Part shown: positions 23,650 through 32,761 of the stretch, piece by piece
Numbering within the stretch: the first letter of the stretch is position 1
Layout of the letters: each line of letters starts with the position of its first letter
From: an uncultured Acidobacteriota bacterium
GTDB lineage: Bacteria > Acidobacteriota > Terriglobia > Acidiferrales > 2-02-FULL-67-57
Length of the DNA: 39,641 nt
NCBI GenBank assembly: GCA_964441645.1
Contig: CAYTXK010000001.1
Location: forward strand, 1-39,641
Direction of reading: 5' to 3'
Notes under the pieces: generated by a model
What the model was told of the DNA's origin: nothing
The model's input: the letters and a program-made list of their open reading frames with translations, nothing else
Databases searched by the model: none
Made by a program: the position numbers and the translations under genes

Positions 23650-24453
23650 TCATGGTAAATAAGGCAAGGGGTCTTTGCTTTCCACGAACTTGCGCAGGCC
23701 GGCCTCGACGGCCGGCCGCGTGAACAGGTCGCAGAAAATCTCAATCTCGCGCCGCATCTCTTCGTAGGGGATGGGCTTGAGAAACTGTTTGGCGGTGGCG
23801 CTGGTCAGCGGGTCGAGCTTCCTGAGCTGCGCGGCCGCGGCGCGAGCCACGCGCAACGCTTCTCCCTCGGCGGCCACCTGGCTCACCAGGCCGACCGAAA
23901 GAGCCTTGCTGGCATTGAGGCTGCGCCCCGTCAGCAACAGGTCGCGCACCACCGCGTTCCCCAGGTCGCGCTTCAGCCGCGGAATGCCGCCAAAGCCGGG
24001 AATCAAACCCAGGCGAAGCTCGGGAAAGCAAAAGCGGGTCATCTTGTCGGCAATAATCAAATCGCAAGCTAGCGCCAGCTCAAATCCTCCCCCGAAGGTC
24101 ACGCCGTGAACGGCCGCAATCGTCGTCAGCGGAGAGGAATCGATGAAGTTCAGCACGCGGTGGATTCGCTGGAGAAAATCGCGCACGCCCGCCACCCGCG
24201 CCTCCGGGGAGGCTTCCTGCGAGCGGGTGTAGAGCTCCCGGAGGTCCGCCCCGGCGCAGAACCCCGCCGCCAGGGTGCTGTGGACGATCAACACCCGCGT
24301 CCTGGCCGGCACGGAGGCCAGTACGTCCACAAACTGCTCAAGCTCCGCCAGCGTGGCCGAGCCCAGTTCGTTGCAGGGAGGCCGGTGGAGCGCCAGCTCC
24401 AGCACGGCGTCCACCACACCCCAGGACAGCGTTTTGCCGGTGAATTGAGTCAT
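23650..24453 (-). CDS. enoyl-CoA hydratase/isomerase (crotonase) family protein
   Basis: GFCAGADLRELY, AAVHGVTFGGGFELALACDLIIA and PELRLGLIPGFGG are present. Confidence 0.9.
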   Translation of the reverse strand: MTQFTGKTLSWGVVDAVLELALHRPPCNELGSATLAELEQFVDVLASVPARTRVLIVHSTLAAGFCAGADLRELYTRSQEASPEARVAGVRDFLQRIHRVLNFIDSSPLTTIAAVHGVTFGGGFELALACDLIIADKMTRFCFPELRLGLIPGFGGIPRLKRDLGNAVVRDLLLTGRSLNASKALSVGLVSQVAAEGEALRVARAAAAQLRKLDPLTSATAKQFLKPIPYEEMRREIEIFCDLFTRPAVEAGLRKFVESKDPLPYLP

Positions 24454-24467
24454 TGAGCGGACGGCCT

Positions 24468-24497
24468 ATTCTAATGAGGAGTAGGAGGAGTAGGCAA
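24468..24497 (-). promoter_or_regulatory. possible internal promoter (TTGCCT-18 nt-TAGAAT) upstream of the crotonase gene
   Basis: On the minus strand TTGCCT is at 24497..24492 and TAGAAT at 24473..24468, 14 nt before ATG 24453. The spacer is made of the tandem 9-mer at 24477..24494. Confidence 0.3.
24477..24494. repeat. tandem 9-nt repeat AGGAGTAGG x2
   Basis: It reads directly as AGGAGTAGGAGGAGTAGG in the 76-nt gap between the ligase and crotonase genes. Confidence 0.7.
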
Positions 24498-24529
24498 CGT
24501 TCTCCCGCCACTCCACGGTCTAGCCATCT

Positions 24530-26191
24530 TCAGCGACGGTACAGCTCCTCCACCTCCGCCTGATAGCGCGCCACGATGGCATCCCGCTTCAGCTTGCCGT
24601 TGGCGGTCAGGAGCCCGTTTTCGATGCTGAAGGGTTCGGTAAGGACTCGGAAGGCGTGGACTTGTTTGTAGTGCGGCAGGCTTGTGTTCAAAGCGCCCAA
24701 CGCCGGCTCCACCTCCCCGTGGCTCACCGAGCCCGTGACCAGCGCCGCCAGGTGCCTCCGGCCGTTCCCCACCAGCATCACGTGTTGCGCTCCCGTGAGC
24801 AACTGTCCCAGCATCTCCTCCAGCGGCTCCGGAGCAATGTTGTGACCCGAACTGAGAATGAGAAGATTTTTCACGCGCCCGATGATGCGCCAGTTGCCCG
24901 CGGCGTCCCTCTCCCCCTGGTCGCCGGTGTGGAACCAGCCGTCGCGCAGAACCCTCGCCGTCTCCTCCGGCCGCTTCCAATAGCCGGGAAAAATGTGCGG
25001 GCCGCGAACCAGAATTTCGCCGCTCTCGCCGAGCTTCATTTCCGTTCCCGAAATCCCGTACCCCACCCAGCCGGGCTTGATTCGACCGGGAATGTCCATA
25101 GTGCAGATGGCAGTCGTCTCGGTCAAGCCATAGACCTGCAGGACCGGCAGGCCCAACATAAGAAAAAATAGTTGGGTCTCCTCGACCAAGGGCGCCGAGC
25201 CGCAGATGAGGGCTTTCAGGTTGGGGCCTAACTTTTTCCGAATAGCCGGAAAAATCGCGGCGCGAGCTAAGAAAAGCCAGAGGGAGTCGAGAAAGCGTAC
25301 TTCGCCGGACTGCTGCTTGAAAAAGGCATGTTTTGCCTTTGTGAAAAGCGCCTTCGCAAAACCTCCGCGCTTCTCAAGCTGGTCTTCGACGCTCTTTCGC
25401 ACTCTCTCCAGCAAGGCCGGGACATTGAGGAAGTACTGTGGCGCGGCTAGGGCCATTTCTTCAGGCAATTTGGTCAGATCCGTTGAGAGCGTGATGGTAC
25501 TGTGGCGGGACAGGCAGGAAAGCAAGAGAATCCATGAGCCGGCAAAGCAAAAGGGCAGGTAATGGAAGACCTGCTCCGGGGCGGACTGCGTTCCCATCAG
25601 TTGATCGAGCCGCTCGGAGGTGCAGCGCAGCATGTGGTTGAGGTTGCCAGCGGTCAGAACCACTCCCTTGGCCTCGCCTGACGTCCCAGAGGTATAAATA
25701 ATCGTCACCGGGTCAGAGTCGGCTAGCGCGCCGGGGGTTTCGCTCATCTCCTTCGCCGGCCGGGCGGAAGAGAACACCTCGTCGAAAAGAAGAAGAGGAG
25801 GCGCCTGGGGCCAGAGCGATTGAATACTCTTCCGCAGCGATTCATCGCCGCAGCACACCAGAGCCGGGGCGCTGTCTTTCAGCATGGCGACCAGCTCCGC
25901 CGGCGCCTGCCGGGCGTAGAGCGGCACCACCACTCCGCCTTCGGCCATAATCGCCAAATCCAGCGCGGCCCAGCCAATGCTGTTGTGGGCCAGCAAAGCG
26001 CCGCGGTTGCCTTTCTGAAAGCTCTTTTCCGCCAAGAAGGCGCGCGCGCGGCCAATCAAAGCCAGCAACTCTCCGCCGGTCGCGGAGACAATGCGACCCT
26101 CGCGCACCTCTTGGAGAACAGGCCGCGCCGCGGATTCACGCAGGCGGCTGAAGATGTGCTCAAGAAAGTTCACGGCAGCCGATCCTTCCAC
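24530..26191 (-). CDS. long-chain acyl-CoA/acyl-AMP ligase (ANL superfamily), second copy
   Basis: IIYTSGTSGEAKGVVLTAGN, VYGLTETT, HTGDQGE and C-terminal ANGKLKRDAI are present. Confidence 0.9.
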   Translation of the reverse strand: MEGSAAVNFLEHIFSRLRESAARPVLQEVREGRIVSATGGELLALIGRARAFLAEKSFQKGNRGALLAHNSIGWAALDLAIMAEGGVVVPLYARQAPAELVAMLKDSAPALVCCGDESLRKSIQSLWPQAPPLLLFDEVFSSARPAKEMSETPGALADSDPVTIIYTSGTSGEAKGVVLTAGNLNHMLRCTSERLDQLMGTQSAPEQVFHYLPFCFAGSWILLLSCLSRHSTITLSTDLTKLPEEMALAAPQYFLNVPALLERVRKSVEDQLEKRGGFAKALFTKAKHAFFKQQSGEVRFLDSLWLFLARAAIFPAIRKKLGPNLKALICGSAPLVEETQLFFLMLGLPVLQVYGLTETTAICTMDIPGRIKPGWVGYGISGTEMKLGESGEILVRGPHIFPGYWKRPEETARVLRDGWFHTGDQGERDAAGNWRIIGRVKNLLILSSGHNIAPEPLEEMLGQLLTGAQHVMLVGNGRRHLAALVTGSVSHGEVEPALGALNTSLPHYKQVHAFRVLTEPFSIENGLLTANGKLKRDAIVARYQAEVEELYRR

Positions 26192-26206
26192 CGTCGCGAC
26201 AGCGAC

Positions 26207-27613
26207 TCAGTCGTAGGTCTCAACCAATCGGCGCAGGGTCGGGCTGAGCGGCGGCAAGTAGTCCTCCCAGCCCGCCACCCCGCGCCGGACGGGAAACTCC
26301 GGGTATTGCCGCTGCACTTGTTGCTCGAAGTAAACCCCCATCCGCGCCATAGCCTTGAGATTTTTGACGACGGTGCGGCCCATGGCCTCGCGGATATCGT
26401 CGCGCTCGCGCTCGAGCCTGTCCAACGCCGCCAGCAACTTCGCTTCCAGCTCCGGGTCACTCACATCCAGCAGAAGATGCGCCTGGCCGAGCTCGTGCAT
26501 CAAGTTCCGGATGCGCTCGTCCATGCTGACCCCGACTGCCGGCACCAGCGCCGGCATGGATGTGACGATGCCGTGGTAACGCGAAGAAACCATCAACGCC
26601 CCGCAGCGCAACAGGCTGACCAACTGGTACATGTCGTAGTCTTCCGAAGTAAACACCGGCGCCCGCAGCCGCTCCCCGAGCCAGGCGCACGCTCGTTTGT
26701 CGAGCCGTTCCGTTCCCACCACAATCGGAAAAACCGACCGGTCGCGCCGGAACCGCTCCGCGGCGTTCCCCCAGGCTGCCAGGTACCGCTCGAACGCCGC
26801 CTTCTGCTTCGCCCCCCAGGTGTGAAAATAAATCGTCCGGTACTGGCTCTCCTTGTAGGCGCCGGTGAGCGTGCGTGCCGCCAGCTTCAGCAGCGACGGC
26901 CGCACCGGCCAGAAAAACGGATTGATGGGGCAAAGCACCAGCACAGGCTTCTTTTCATCCCAGCCTGCTTCCCGCAGAACCCGCCGGCCGTAGTCGGGCC
27001 CCTGCGGCTCGAAGGTCCAAGCGGTGTCCGTGCCCCATTCTGTGGGCACGCCCAGTTCGCGCAGGACACCGCGAGACTCCTCGTTGCGGGTAATCACCAG
27101 AGAGTTTCCGCAGTACCGCCGCACCATTTTGCGCAGCGCGCCGTCCATTTCGCCTGCCTCCGCGCCGTAGCCCACCGAAAGCTTGTTCTGGGCGGCGGCG
27201 ATGCCGAGCGAGCCGATCATCATGGTCGTCAAGGCGTTGGCGAATTTGCTTTTGAACATCGAGCCTTCGCAGGCCACCACCCCGTGGTGCTTCGGCACCT
27301 CGCGGTAGAGAAACGGCGGGAAAACGTCGGGCAGCCTGACCTGCGTGGCCCCGGCAAAGTAACCCCGCGTCCGCTCGAAGTTTTGCGTCATCACCGTCAA
27401 CTCGACGTTCTCGCGCCCTAGCAGGCACGCCACCTGCCGCAGCATCTCTTCCACCCGCACGTCCGAGCCGGTGTTGCGCGTGCCGTTGTAGCCCGCGAAC
27501 AGGAGCTTGAGCTTGGTTCCCGGGGTCCACGGCTGCCCGAACCCCAGAATCCAGGTGAGCTTGGAGGTCTCAATCAGCAAGCTGACCCAGGCCTCCAGCA
27601 CCAGGTCCATCAT
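26207..27613 (-). CDS. polysaccharide pyruvyl transferase-like (PS_pyruv_trans / GT-B-like) protein
   Basis: ATG 27613 overlaps the upstream TGA (ATGA). It has an N-terminal [20 protein letters not shown] (family pattern G-x-x-G-x-x-N-x-GD) and a C-terminal [26 protein letters not shown] (family pattern S-x-R-x-H-x-x-I..G-x-P..). The assignment is by eye only. Confidence 0.6.
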   Translation of the reverse strand: MMDLVLEAWVSLLIETSKLTWILGFGQPWTPGTKLKLLFAGYNGTRNTGSDVRVEEMLRQVACLLGRENVELTVMTQNFERTRGYFAGATQVRLPDVFPPFLYREVPKHHGVVACEGSMFKSKFANALTTMMIGSLGIAAAQNKLSVGYGAEAGEMDGALRKMVRRYCGNSLVITRNEESRGVLRELGVPTEWGTDTAWTFEPQGPDYGRRVLREAGWDEKKPVLVLCPINPFFWPVRPSLLKLAARTLTGAYKESQYRTIYFHTWGAKQKAAFERYLAAWGNAAERFRRDRSVFPIVVGTERLDKRACAWLGERLRAPVFTSEDYDMYQLVSLLRCGALMVSSRYHGIVTSMPALVPAVGVSMDERIRNLMHELGQAHLLLDVSDPELEAKLLAALDRLERERDDIREAMGRTVVKNLKAMARMGVYFEQQVQRQYPEFPVRRGVAGWEDYLPPLSPTLRRLVETYD

Positions 27614-28746
27614 CCGGCGGCTTCTCCGGCGGCGCTCGGCCATTCGCGGTAGTGGTAGGTGAAATGGTTCTGCTGGCTGAACCGCAGCAAGGGGTAGGCG
27701 TATTCGGAAAAGGGCTTGGGAGCGCGGCCGAGTTCCGTCACCACGCGCGTATTATCAAAAACCGTGTTCCACACCAGGTAGGGAAAAAAGACCCGCAACA
27801 GGGAAGCGCCATAGCCGACGGGCGTCCCGCGCCAATGGGAAAGCCCGTTTACGAGCCAGCGAAACGGCGCCTCCAGGCCGGACCAGAACACGGGTCCGGG
27901 TTTCCCCCGCGCCGCCGCCAGCGCCCCGGTCAACTCCCGGTAGGTCTGGGAGCTTCGCCCCGAGGCGAGGTGGTAGGTGTCGTAGGCGGGCTTTTCTTTC
28001 TGGGGCAGGGCGACCACGGATTCGGCCACAAAATCCACGGGAACAATATCGACCCGGTCGATGGCCCGGAAAGGCAGCACCGGCAAGCCGGCCAGAAACA
28101 CGAAAGCCCGCACCATATCGAACTGGGTGGTTTGGGGGCGGCGACTGTCCCCGAGCACGATGCTGGGCCGGAAGATGGTACGCGGCACGTCGGGCAGCAA
28201 CTCGCGAATCATGTGCTCGCAGAACTTTTTGGTTCGGGCATAGGGGTCGTAATCGGAGCGCTCCCAGTCAATCGCCTTGTCCTCTTCGACCACCTCATTC
28301 TGGCGGTGGCCGGCCACGGCCACGGTGCTCACATGGCTGAAGCGGCGCAGCCCGTGGTGGTCGCGCGCGCCCGCCGCCAGCTTGATCACCTCCAGCGTGC
28401 CGCGCAGGTTGACGTTGAGGCAGCTTTTTTCCGACTTGCGGTTCAGCGAGGCCGCGCAATGAATCACCGACTCGGTCGACTCCGCCAGGCGCCGGTAGGC
28501 GTCCCCCGCGCACCCGAACCCCAGTTCGGTGATGTCGCCGCGGACGATGGTTATCCGCGAGCGCAGGTGCTCATAAAAGCGGGGGAAGTCCAGATGCAGC
28601 TGCAAGGAGCGCCAGAGCCGCTGTTCGGCCTCGCGGTTGTCCCGGGCGCGCACCAGCAGATTGAGCCGCGTCGTGTGCCGCTCCAGCAACTCGGCCACGA
28701 TGTGCGCGCCGATATAGCCTGTGGAGCCGGTTACGAAGATGGCCAT
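27610..28746 (-). CDS. thioester-reductase-type SDR (NAD_binding_4 / 'male sterility' family) acyl reductase
   Basis: Rossmann motif [14 protein letters not shown], then [21 protein letters not shown] and catalytic Y-x3-K (YARTKKF). It overlaps the upstream gene by 16 nt. Confidence 0.85.
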   Translation of the reverse strand: MAIFVTGSTGYIGAHIVAELLERHTTRLNLLVRARDNREAEQRLWRSLQLHLDFPRFYEHLRSRITIVRGDITELGFGCAGDAYRRLAESTESVIHCAASLNRKSEKSCLNVNLRGTLEVIKLAAGARDHHGLRRFSHVSTVAVAGHRQNEVVEEDKAIDWERSDYDPYARTKKFCEHMIRELLPDVPRTIFRPSIVLGDSRRPQTTQFDMVRAFVFLAGLPVLPFRAIDRVDIVPVDFVAESVVALPQKEKPAYDTYHLASGRSSQTYRELTGALAAARGKPGPVFWSGLEAPFRWLVNGLSHWRGTPVGYGASLLRVFFPYLVWNTVFDNTRVVTELGRAPKPFSEYAYPLLRFSQQNHFTYHYREWPSAAGEAAG

Positions 28747-31127
28747 GTGGCTTCAGGAACTAGGGGTGAGCGGGCGCGCCCCGCCTCTCCGGACGAGGCC
28801 GGGCCGGGAGACGCGGCGGGCCACTGGAAGCTGCGGGGAGGTCGGCTCTCGAGCGGGCGCCCTTCCATCAGCGGATAGCACCAGCGCCGCAGCGCCGGAA
28901 CATGAACGTTGATCCAATACTCCCACCAGTCAATCGCGCCGGGGTCGTAGCCAAAGGCTTCCCGCTCTTCCGTCGGAAGGGCGGCGGCCAGGAGCTCGAC
29001 GTTGTCCGCCTCGAAGACGTGCTCGTTGTAAAGGATAAAGGGCTCGTAGAGCTCGATGAGCTTTTCAATGCGCTCCAGGTCGCGTTCCCGGCGGGCGAAG
29101 GGCGGGCGCCGCAGCAAAGGCCCCGTCAGGCGGTTGATGCGGTGCACAAAGGCCTTTTGCGCCGGGGCCGAGAGCGTGTCGTAGCGCTGCTTCGACACCG
29201 GAATGGTATCGAAGCGAGACCGCAGCCAGTGCTCCAGCCCTTGCTGGGCGCGATAATGCTTGCGGTGGGCCAGGCTGGTCAGCTCGATGGAGCGCCGCAT
29301 ATCGCAGGGGTTGATGTCGGAGGTAGCCAGCTGATAAAGCCGCTGCTGCCGGCGCTCCACCAAGGCCGCGGCAATCAGCATCATCCCCCGGCACACCAAA
29401 TCCACTGGGATCAAGTCCAGACATTTTCTCACGTTAGTCGGCAGTTGCCGGAAATACGTCCCCAGCAAATACGAAAGCGGCGCCGAGGTGTTGATGCCTT
29501 CGTTCCAGCCCGGAAGCGGCGGCCCCACCGAGGTCTCGACAATCGAGGGCCGCACAATGGCCACCGGCAAGTCCGCGCCGCGCTTCTCGATCAAGGATTC
29601 GGCCAGACTCTTGGTAAGAGTATAAGTGTTGGGCCAGCCGAGCTCCTGGGCGCGGCGCGTCCCCAGATCGGTCAAGCGCGTCCGCAGCCAGCGGCGACGG
29701 TAGCGCCGCACGTGCTCCTCGAGCGCGGCGCCGGCGAGCTTGCGGCTGGCGGTCTTTTCCAGCGCCAGCCGCTCAAGCTCCTGGCTGACTTCGGGGCTTT
29801 CGGCTTCGGCTTGCAGCTCCTTCACGCGCGCGTGCAGCGAATGCCACTCCTGCTCGGCGTCGAAATCGCGCAGCTCGGCGGGCGTGTAGTTGGGCTCGAC
29901 CTCCTCGCTCACTCTCCCGTCGCGGCTCCCCACCACGTAGCACGTCGAGAGGTGCAGCAGGGCGGCGTGGTCGCACTCGCGCAGAAAATCCAGCAGGTGG
30001 ACGACGGCGTCCACATTGGCGGCCAGGCCCAGGCGCAGCTCGGGGTTGAATTCCGTCAGGCCGGAGCTGTTCACAATCAAATCGAGGCTCCCGGCCAACC
30101 GGGCACGCGTCTCGGGCGCCAAGCCCAGGTCGGGCTGGCTCACGTCCCCCTCGACCACTTCAATCCGCTCAGCGAGAAACCGGCCCAGGTCGTCGCCGTA
30201 CCGCTCGTGGAAGGGGTCGAAGATGGGCGATTCCTCGACGATTTTCTCGAAGCGCCGCAGCGCCGTCGTCGAGCGCTGGCGGCGAATCAGCAGGTGGAGC
30301 CGCCCGATGGCGGGCAAGTCCGCCAGCGCCTTGGCCAGCCACACTTTTCCAATAAAACCGGTGACGCCGATGAGCAGAACGTGCTTCCCTGCCAGCGACT
30401 CGCGCACCGATAACCGCTCGACTCTTTTCTTGGCCTCGAACACCACCAGGACTCGCTTGCGGGGCGCCAGGCGACGCTCGGCGGGCTCGACCGCGGCCCG
30501 CACAATCTCCGCTCGGCCCGCAAAACCCAGATTCCGCGCCAGCTCCTCGAGCGCAATGCGCCCGTCGGGGCCGACCCGCAGCAGCCACGCCAGGCCGCCG
30601 CGGGGTCGAATGACCGGATCGAGAAGCCTGCCGGTGGCGCGCCCGTCGTGGAATTCCAGGCGGTTCGCCACCAGGCGCTTGACGCCGAGAAAATTCGCCA
30701 GCGGGCGCATCACATGGTCGAGTCCCTGGCTGACCAGGACTACGGAGTCATTTTCGGCCAGGACTTCGCGGAGTTTTTCGACCCCGGCCGGCTTGAGCTT
30801 GGGCTTCATAACGTACTGAAAATATTCTTCACCCAGAAGGTCGAGGCGGTCTCGGCTCACCCCGCGCAGCAAACCGTGCAGCACGCGCGTGGCAAATACG
30901 CGGTGGGCGGCGTAGAGAAAGGGGCGCACCACGGTCAGCGCCGCCAGGCCGCCGCGGCGCCCCCAGCGCTCGGCGAAGCTCTGGGCGTTCCAGGTGAAGA
31001 ACGCTACCGGACGCACGGCGCTCAGGTTCAGCAGGCTTCCTTCCACCCGCCAGAAGATTTCGCGGGTGGGCGGAACCTCTCGACCCGGAGCGGACTGATC
31101 GTGGTTAGAGAGACTCACGGCTCGCAC
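28731..31127 (-). CDS. fusion protein: degenerate HAD-IB-like N-domain + fatty acyl-CoA/ACP reductase (FAR; NAD_binding_4 + sterile-type C-domain)
   Basis: The N-terminal ~215 aa is HAD-IB-like ([43 protein letters not shown]), but motif I reads FWRVEGSLL. From aa ~248 the Rossmann motif [13 protein letters not shown] appears, followed by [20 protein letters not shown] and Y-x3-K (YTLTKSL). There is a long C-terminal domain. GTG start. Confidence 0.8.
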   Translation of the reverse strand: MRAVSLSNHDQSAPGREVPPTREIFWRVEGSLLNLSAVRPVAFFTWNAQSFAERWGRRGGLAALTVVRPFLYAAHRVFATRVLHGLLRGVSRDRLDLLGEEYFQYVMKPKLKPAGVEKLREVLAENDSVVLVSQGLDHVMRPLANFLGVKRLVANRLEFHDGRATGRLLDPVIRPRGGLAWLLRVGPDGRIALEELARNLGFAGRAEIVRAAVEPAERRLAPRKRVLVVFEAKKRVERLSVRESLAGKHVLLIGVTGFIGKVWLAKALADLPAIGRLHLLIRRQRSTTALRRFEKIVEESPIFDPFHERYGDDLGRFLAERIEVVEGDVSQPDLGLAPETRARLAGSLDLIVNSSGLTEFNPELRLGLAANVDAVVHLLDFLRECDHAALLHLSTCYVVGSRDGRVSEEVEPNYTPAELRDFDAEQEWHSLHARVKELQAEAESPEVSQELERLALEKTASRKLAGAALEEHVRRYRRRWLRTRLTDLGTRRAQELGWPNTYTLTKSLAESLIEKRGADLPVAIVRPSIVETSVGPPLPGWNEGINTSAPLSYLLGTYFRQLPTNVRKCLDLIPVDLVCRGMMLIAAALVERRQQRLYQLATSDINPCDMRRSIELTSLAHRKHYRAQQGLEHWLRSRFDTIPVSKQRYDTLSAPAQKAFVHRINRLTGPLLRRPPFARRERDLERIEKLIELYEPFILYNEHVFEADNVELLAAALPTEEREAFGYDPGAIDWWEYWINVHVPALRRWCYPLMEGRPLESRPPRSFQWPAASPGPASSGEAGRARSPLVPEATWPSS

Positions 31128-31187
31128 TTGATCCTGGCACTCGCAGTGATTCTCCCGCTGTCCCGGCGGCGGGATTCGCTGGCCGCC

Positions 31188-31217
31188 ATTCTACTAGAGG
31201 AGTGCGCCCCCTTCCAA
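31188..31217 (-). promoter_or_regulatory. promoter candidate for the lipid operon (TTGGAA-18 nt-TAGAAT)
   Basis: On the minus strand TTGGAA is at 31217..31212 and TAGAAT at 31193..31188, about 60 nt upstream of GTG 31127. It lies in the 164-nt divergent region shared with the amidase gene. Confidence 0.35.
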
Positions 31218-31291
31218 GCCGCCGGCAACTACGGCGGCCGGCAACGGGCCGCGTTTACGGTGCGTGATACACTCGTGGCCCCCAAGAGGCA

Positions 31292-32728
31292 ATGGGTATG
31301 GATTCTCCCACACGGCTCTCGGCCCGCGAGATGGCCCGGAAGATTCGCGAAAAGAAACTCTCCCCGGTCGAGCTGGTCGAGGCCCACCTTCGCCGCATCG
31401 AGCAACTGAATCCGCAACTAAACGCTTTCGTCAACCTCCGAACCGAGCAAGCCCGCGAAGAGGCTCGGGCGGCCGAAGCGGCGGTGGCCCGCGGCGAACC
31501 CCTCGGGCCGCTGCACGGCGTGCCGGTGAGCATCAAGAGTTGCATCGATGTCGCCGGCCTGCGCTGCGAAGCGGGCTCCCGGCTTCGGGCCGGTTACGTG
31601 GCGGCCACTGACGCCCCTCTGGTCCAACGCCTGCGCGCCGCCGGCGCCATCATCCTGGGCAACACCAACGTCCCCGACACCCTGATGGCCTATGAAACCG
31701 ACAATCTCCTCTACGGCAAAACCAACAGCCCCTGGGACTTGGCGCGCACCCCGGGCGGCTCGAGCGGCGGCGAAGCGGCGGCCATCGCCGCCTGCTGCTC
31801 CGCGGCCGGCGTGGGCAGCGACGGCGGCGGCTCCATCCGAGTGCCCGCGCACTTCAGCGGCATCTGCGGATTGAAGCCCACCCCCGGCCGCATCCCCGGC
31901 ACCGGCCACTTCCCCCCCAACACTGGCCCCTTCGCCTTCCTCGGCGTGGTCGGGCCGATGGCGCGCACCGTGGCCGACCTCGAGCTCCTGCTCGAGGTCA
32001 TGGCCGGGCCCGACAAGGGCGACACCTCCTCCGCCCCCGTTCCGTTTGTGCACGCGTTTGATGACGTTTGTAAGCGTTTACAAATCGGTTTTTTCGAGGA
32101 CGATGCCCGCACCCCCGTAACTCCGCAGACGCGGGCGGCGGTCCGGGCTGCTGCCGAGGCTCTCCAGCGCGCCGGCTTTCAAGTCTCATCTTTCCGCCCC
32201 ACCGTTCTCGAGCCGGCGCGGCAGACGTGGTGGAAACTTTTTGTTCTGGGCGGCGCTATGGTGTTAGGGCCGCTGGTGGCCGGGCGCGAAGCCGAGCTCC
32301 ACCCCGTGCTTCGGGAAGTCATGGCAATCGCAGCCGCTGAGCCTCCCCTCACGGCGGAAACTTTGATGAACGCCTGGATGGCGCGGGACGAGCTTCGTAT
32401 TCAGCTCCTGACCGAGATGGAACAGTTCCCCGTGCTGCTGTGCCCTGCGTGCGCCATTCCTGCCTTCAAACATGGCGAGCGCCGCTGGCAGGTAGATGGC
32501 CAAAGCGTCGCCTACCTCGATGCTATGAGCTACACGCAGTGGTTCAACCTTCTCGGAAACCCCGGAGCGGTCGTTCCGGTGGGTCGCTCGCCCGAGGGGT
32601 TGCCGATTGGCGTCCAGATTGTCGGCCGGCCGTTCGAAGAGGAAGTCGTCCTTCGCGTGGCGGCCTGGGTCGAGCGCGAGTGCGGCGGCTGGCAGGAACC
32701 GCCGCTCAGCCGGAGCCTGGCCAGCTAA
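31292..32728 (+). CDS. amidase-signature (AS) family amidase
   Basis: GVPVSIKSCIDVAG (the catalytic Lys context), the Gly/Ser-rich signature GGSSGGEAAAIAA and GSDGGGSIRVPA are present. Confidence 0.9.
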   Translation: MGMDSPTRLSAREMARKIREKKLSPVELVEAHLRRIEQLNPQLNAFVNLRTEQAREEARAAEAAVARGEPLGPLHGVPVSIKSCIDVAGLRCEAGSRLRAGYVAATDAPLVQRLRAAGAIILGNTNVPDTLMAYETDNLLYGKTNSPWDLARTPGGSSGGEAAAIAACCSAAGVGSDGGGSIRVPAHFSGICGLKPTPGRIPGTGHFPPNTGPFAFLGVVGPMARTVADLELLLEVMAGPDKGDTSSAPVPFVHAFDDVCKRLQIGFFEDDARTPVTPQTRAAVRAAAEALQRAGFQVSSFRPTVLEPARQTWWKLFVLGGAMVLGPLVAGREAELHPVLREVMAIAAAEPPLTAETLMNAWMARDELRIQLLTEMEQFPVLLCPACAIPAFKHGERRWQVDGQSVAYLDAMSYTQWFNLLGNPGAVVPVGRSPEGLPIGVQIVGRPFEEEVVLRVAAWVERECGGWQEPPLSRSLAS

Positions 32729-32761
32729 AAACGTCTTCTCGCTTCGTATATAATTACTGAC

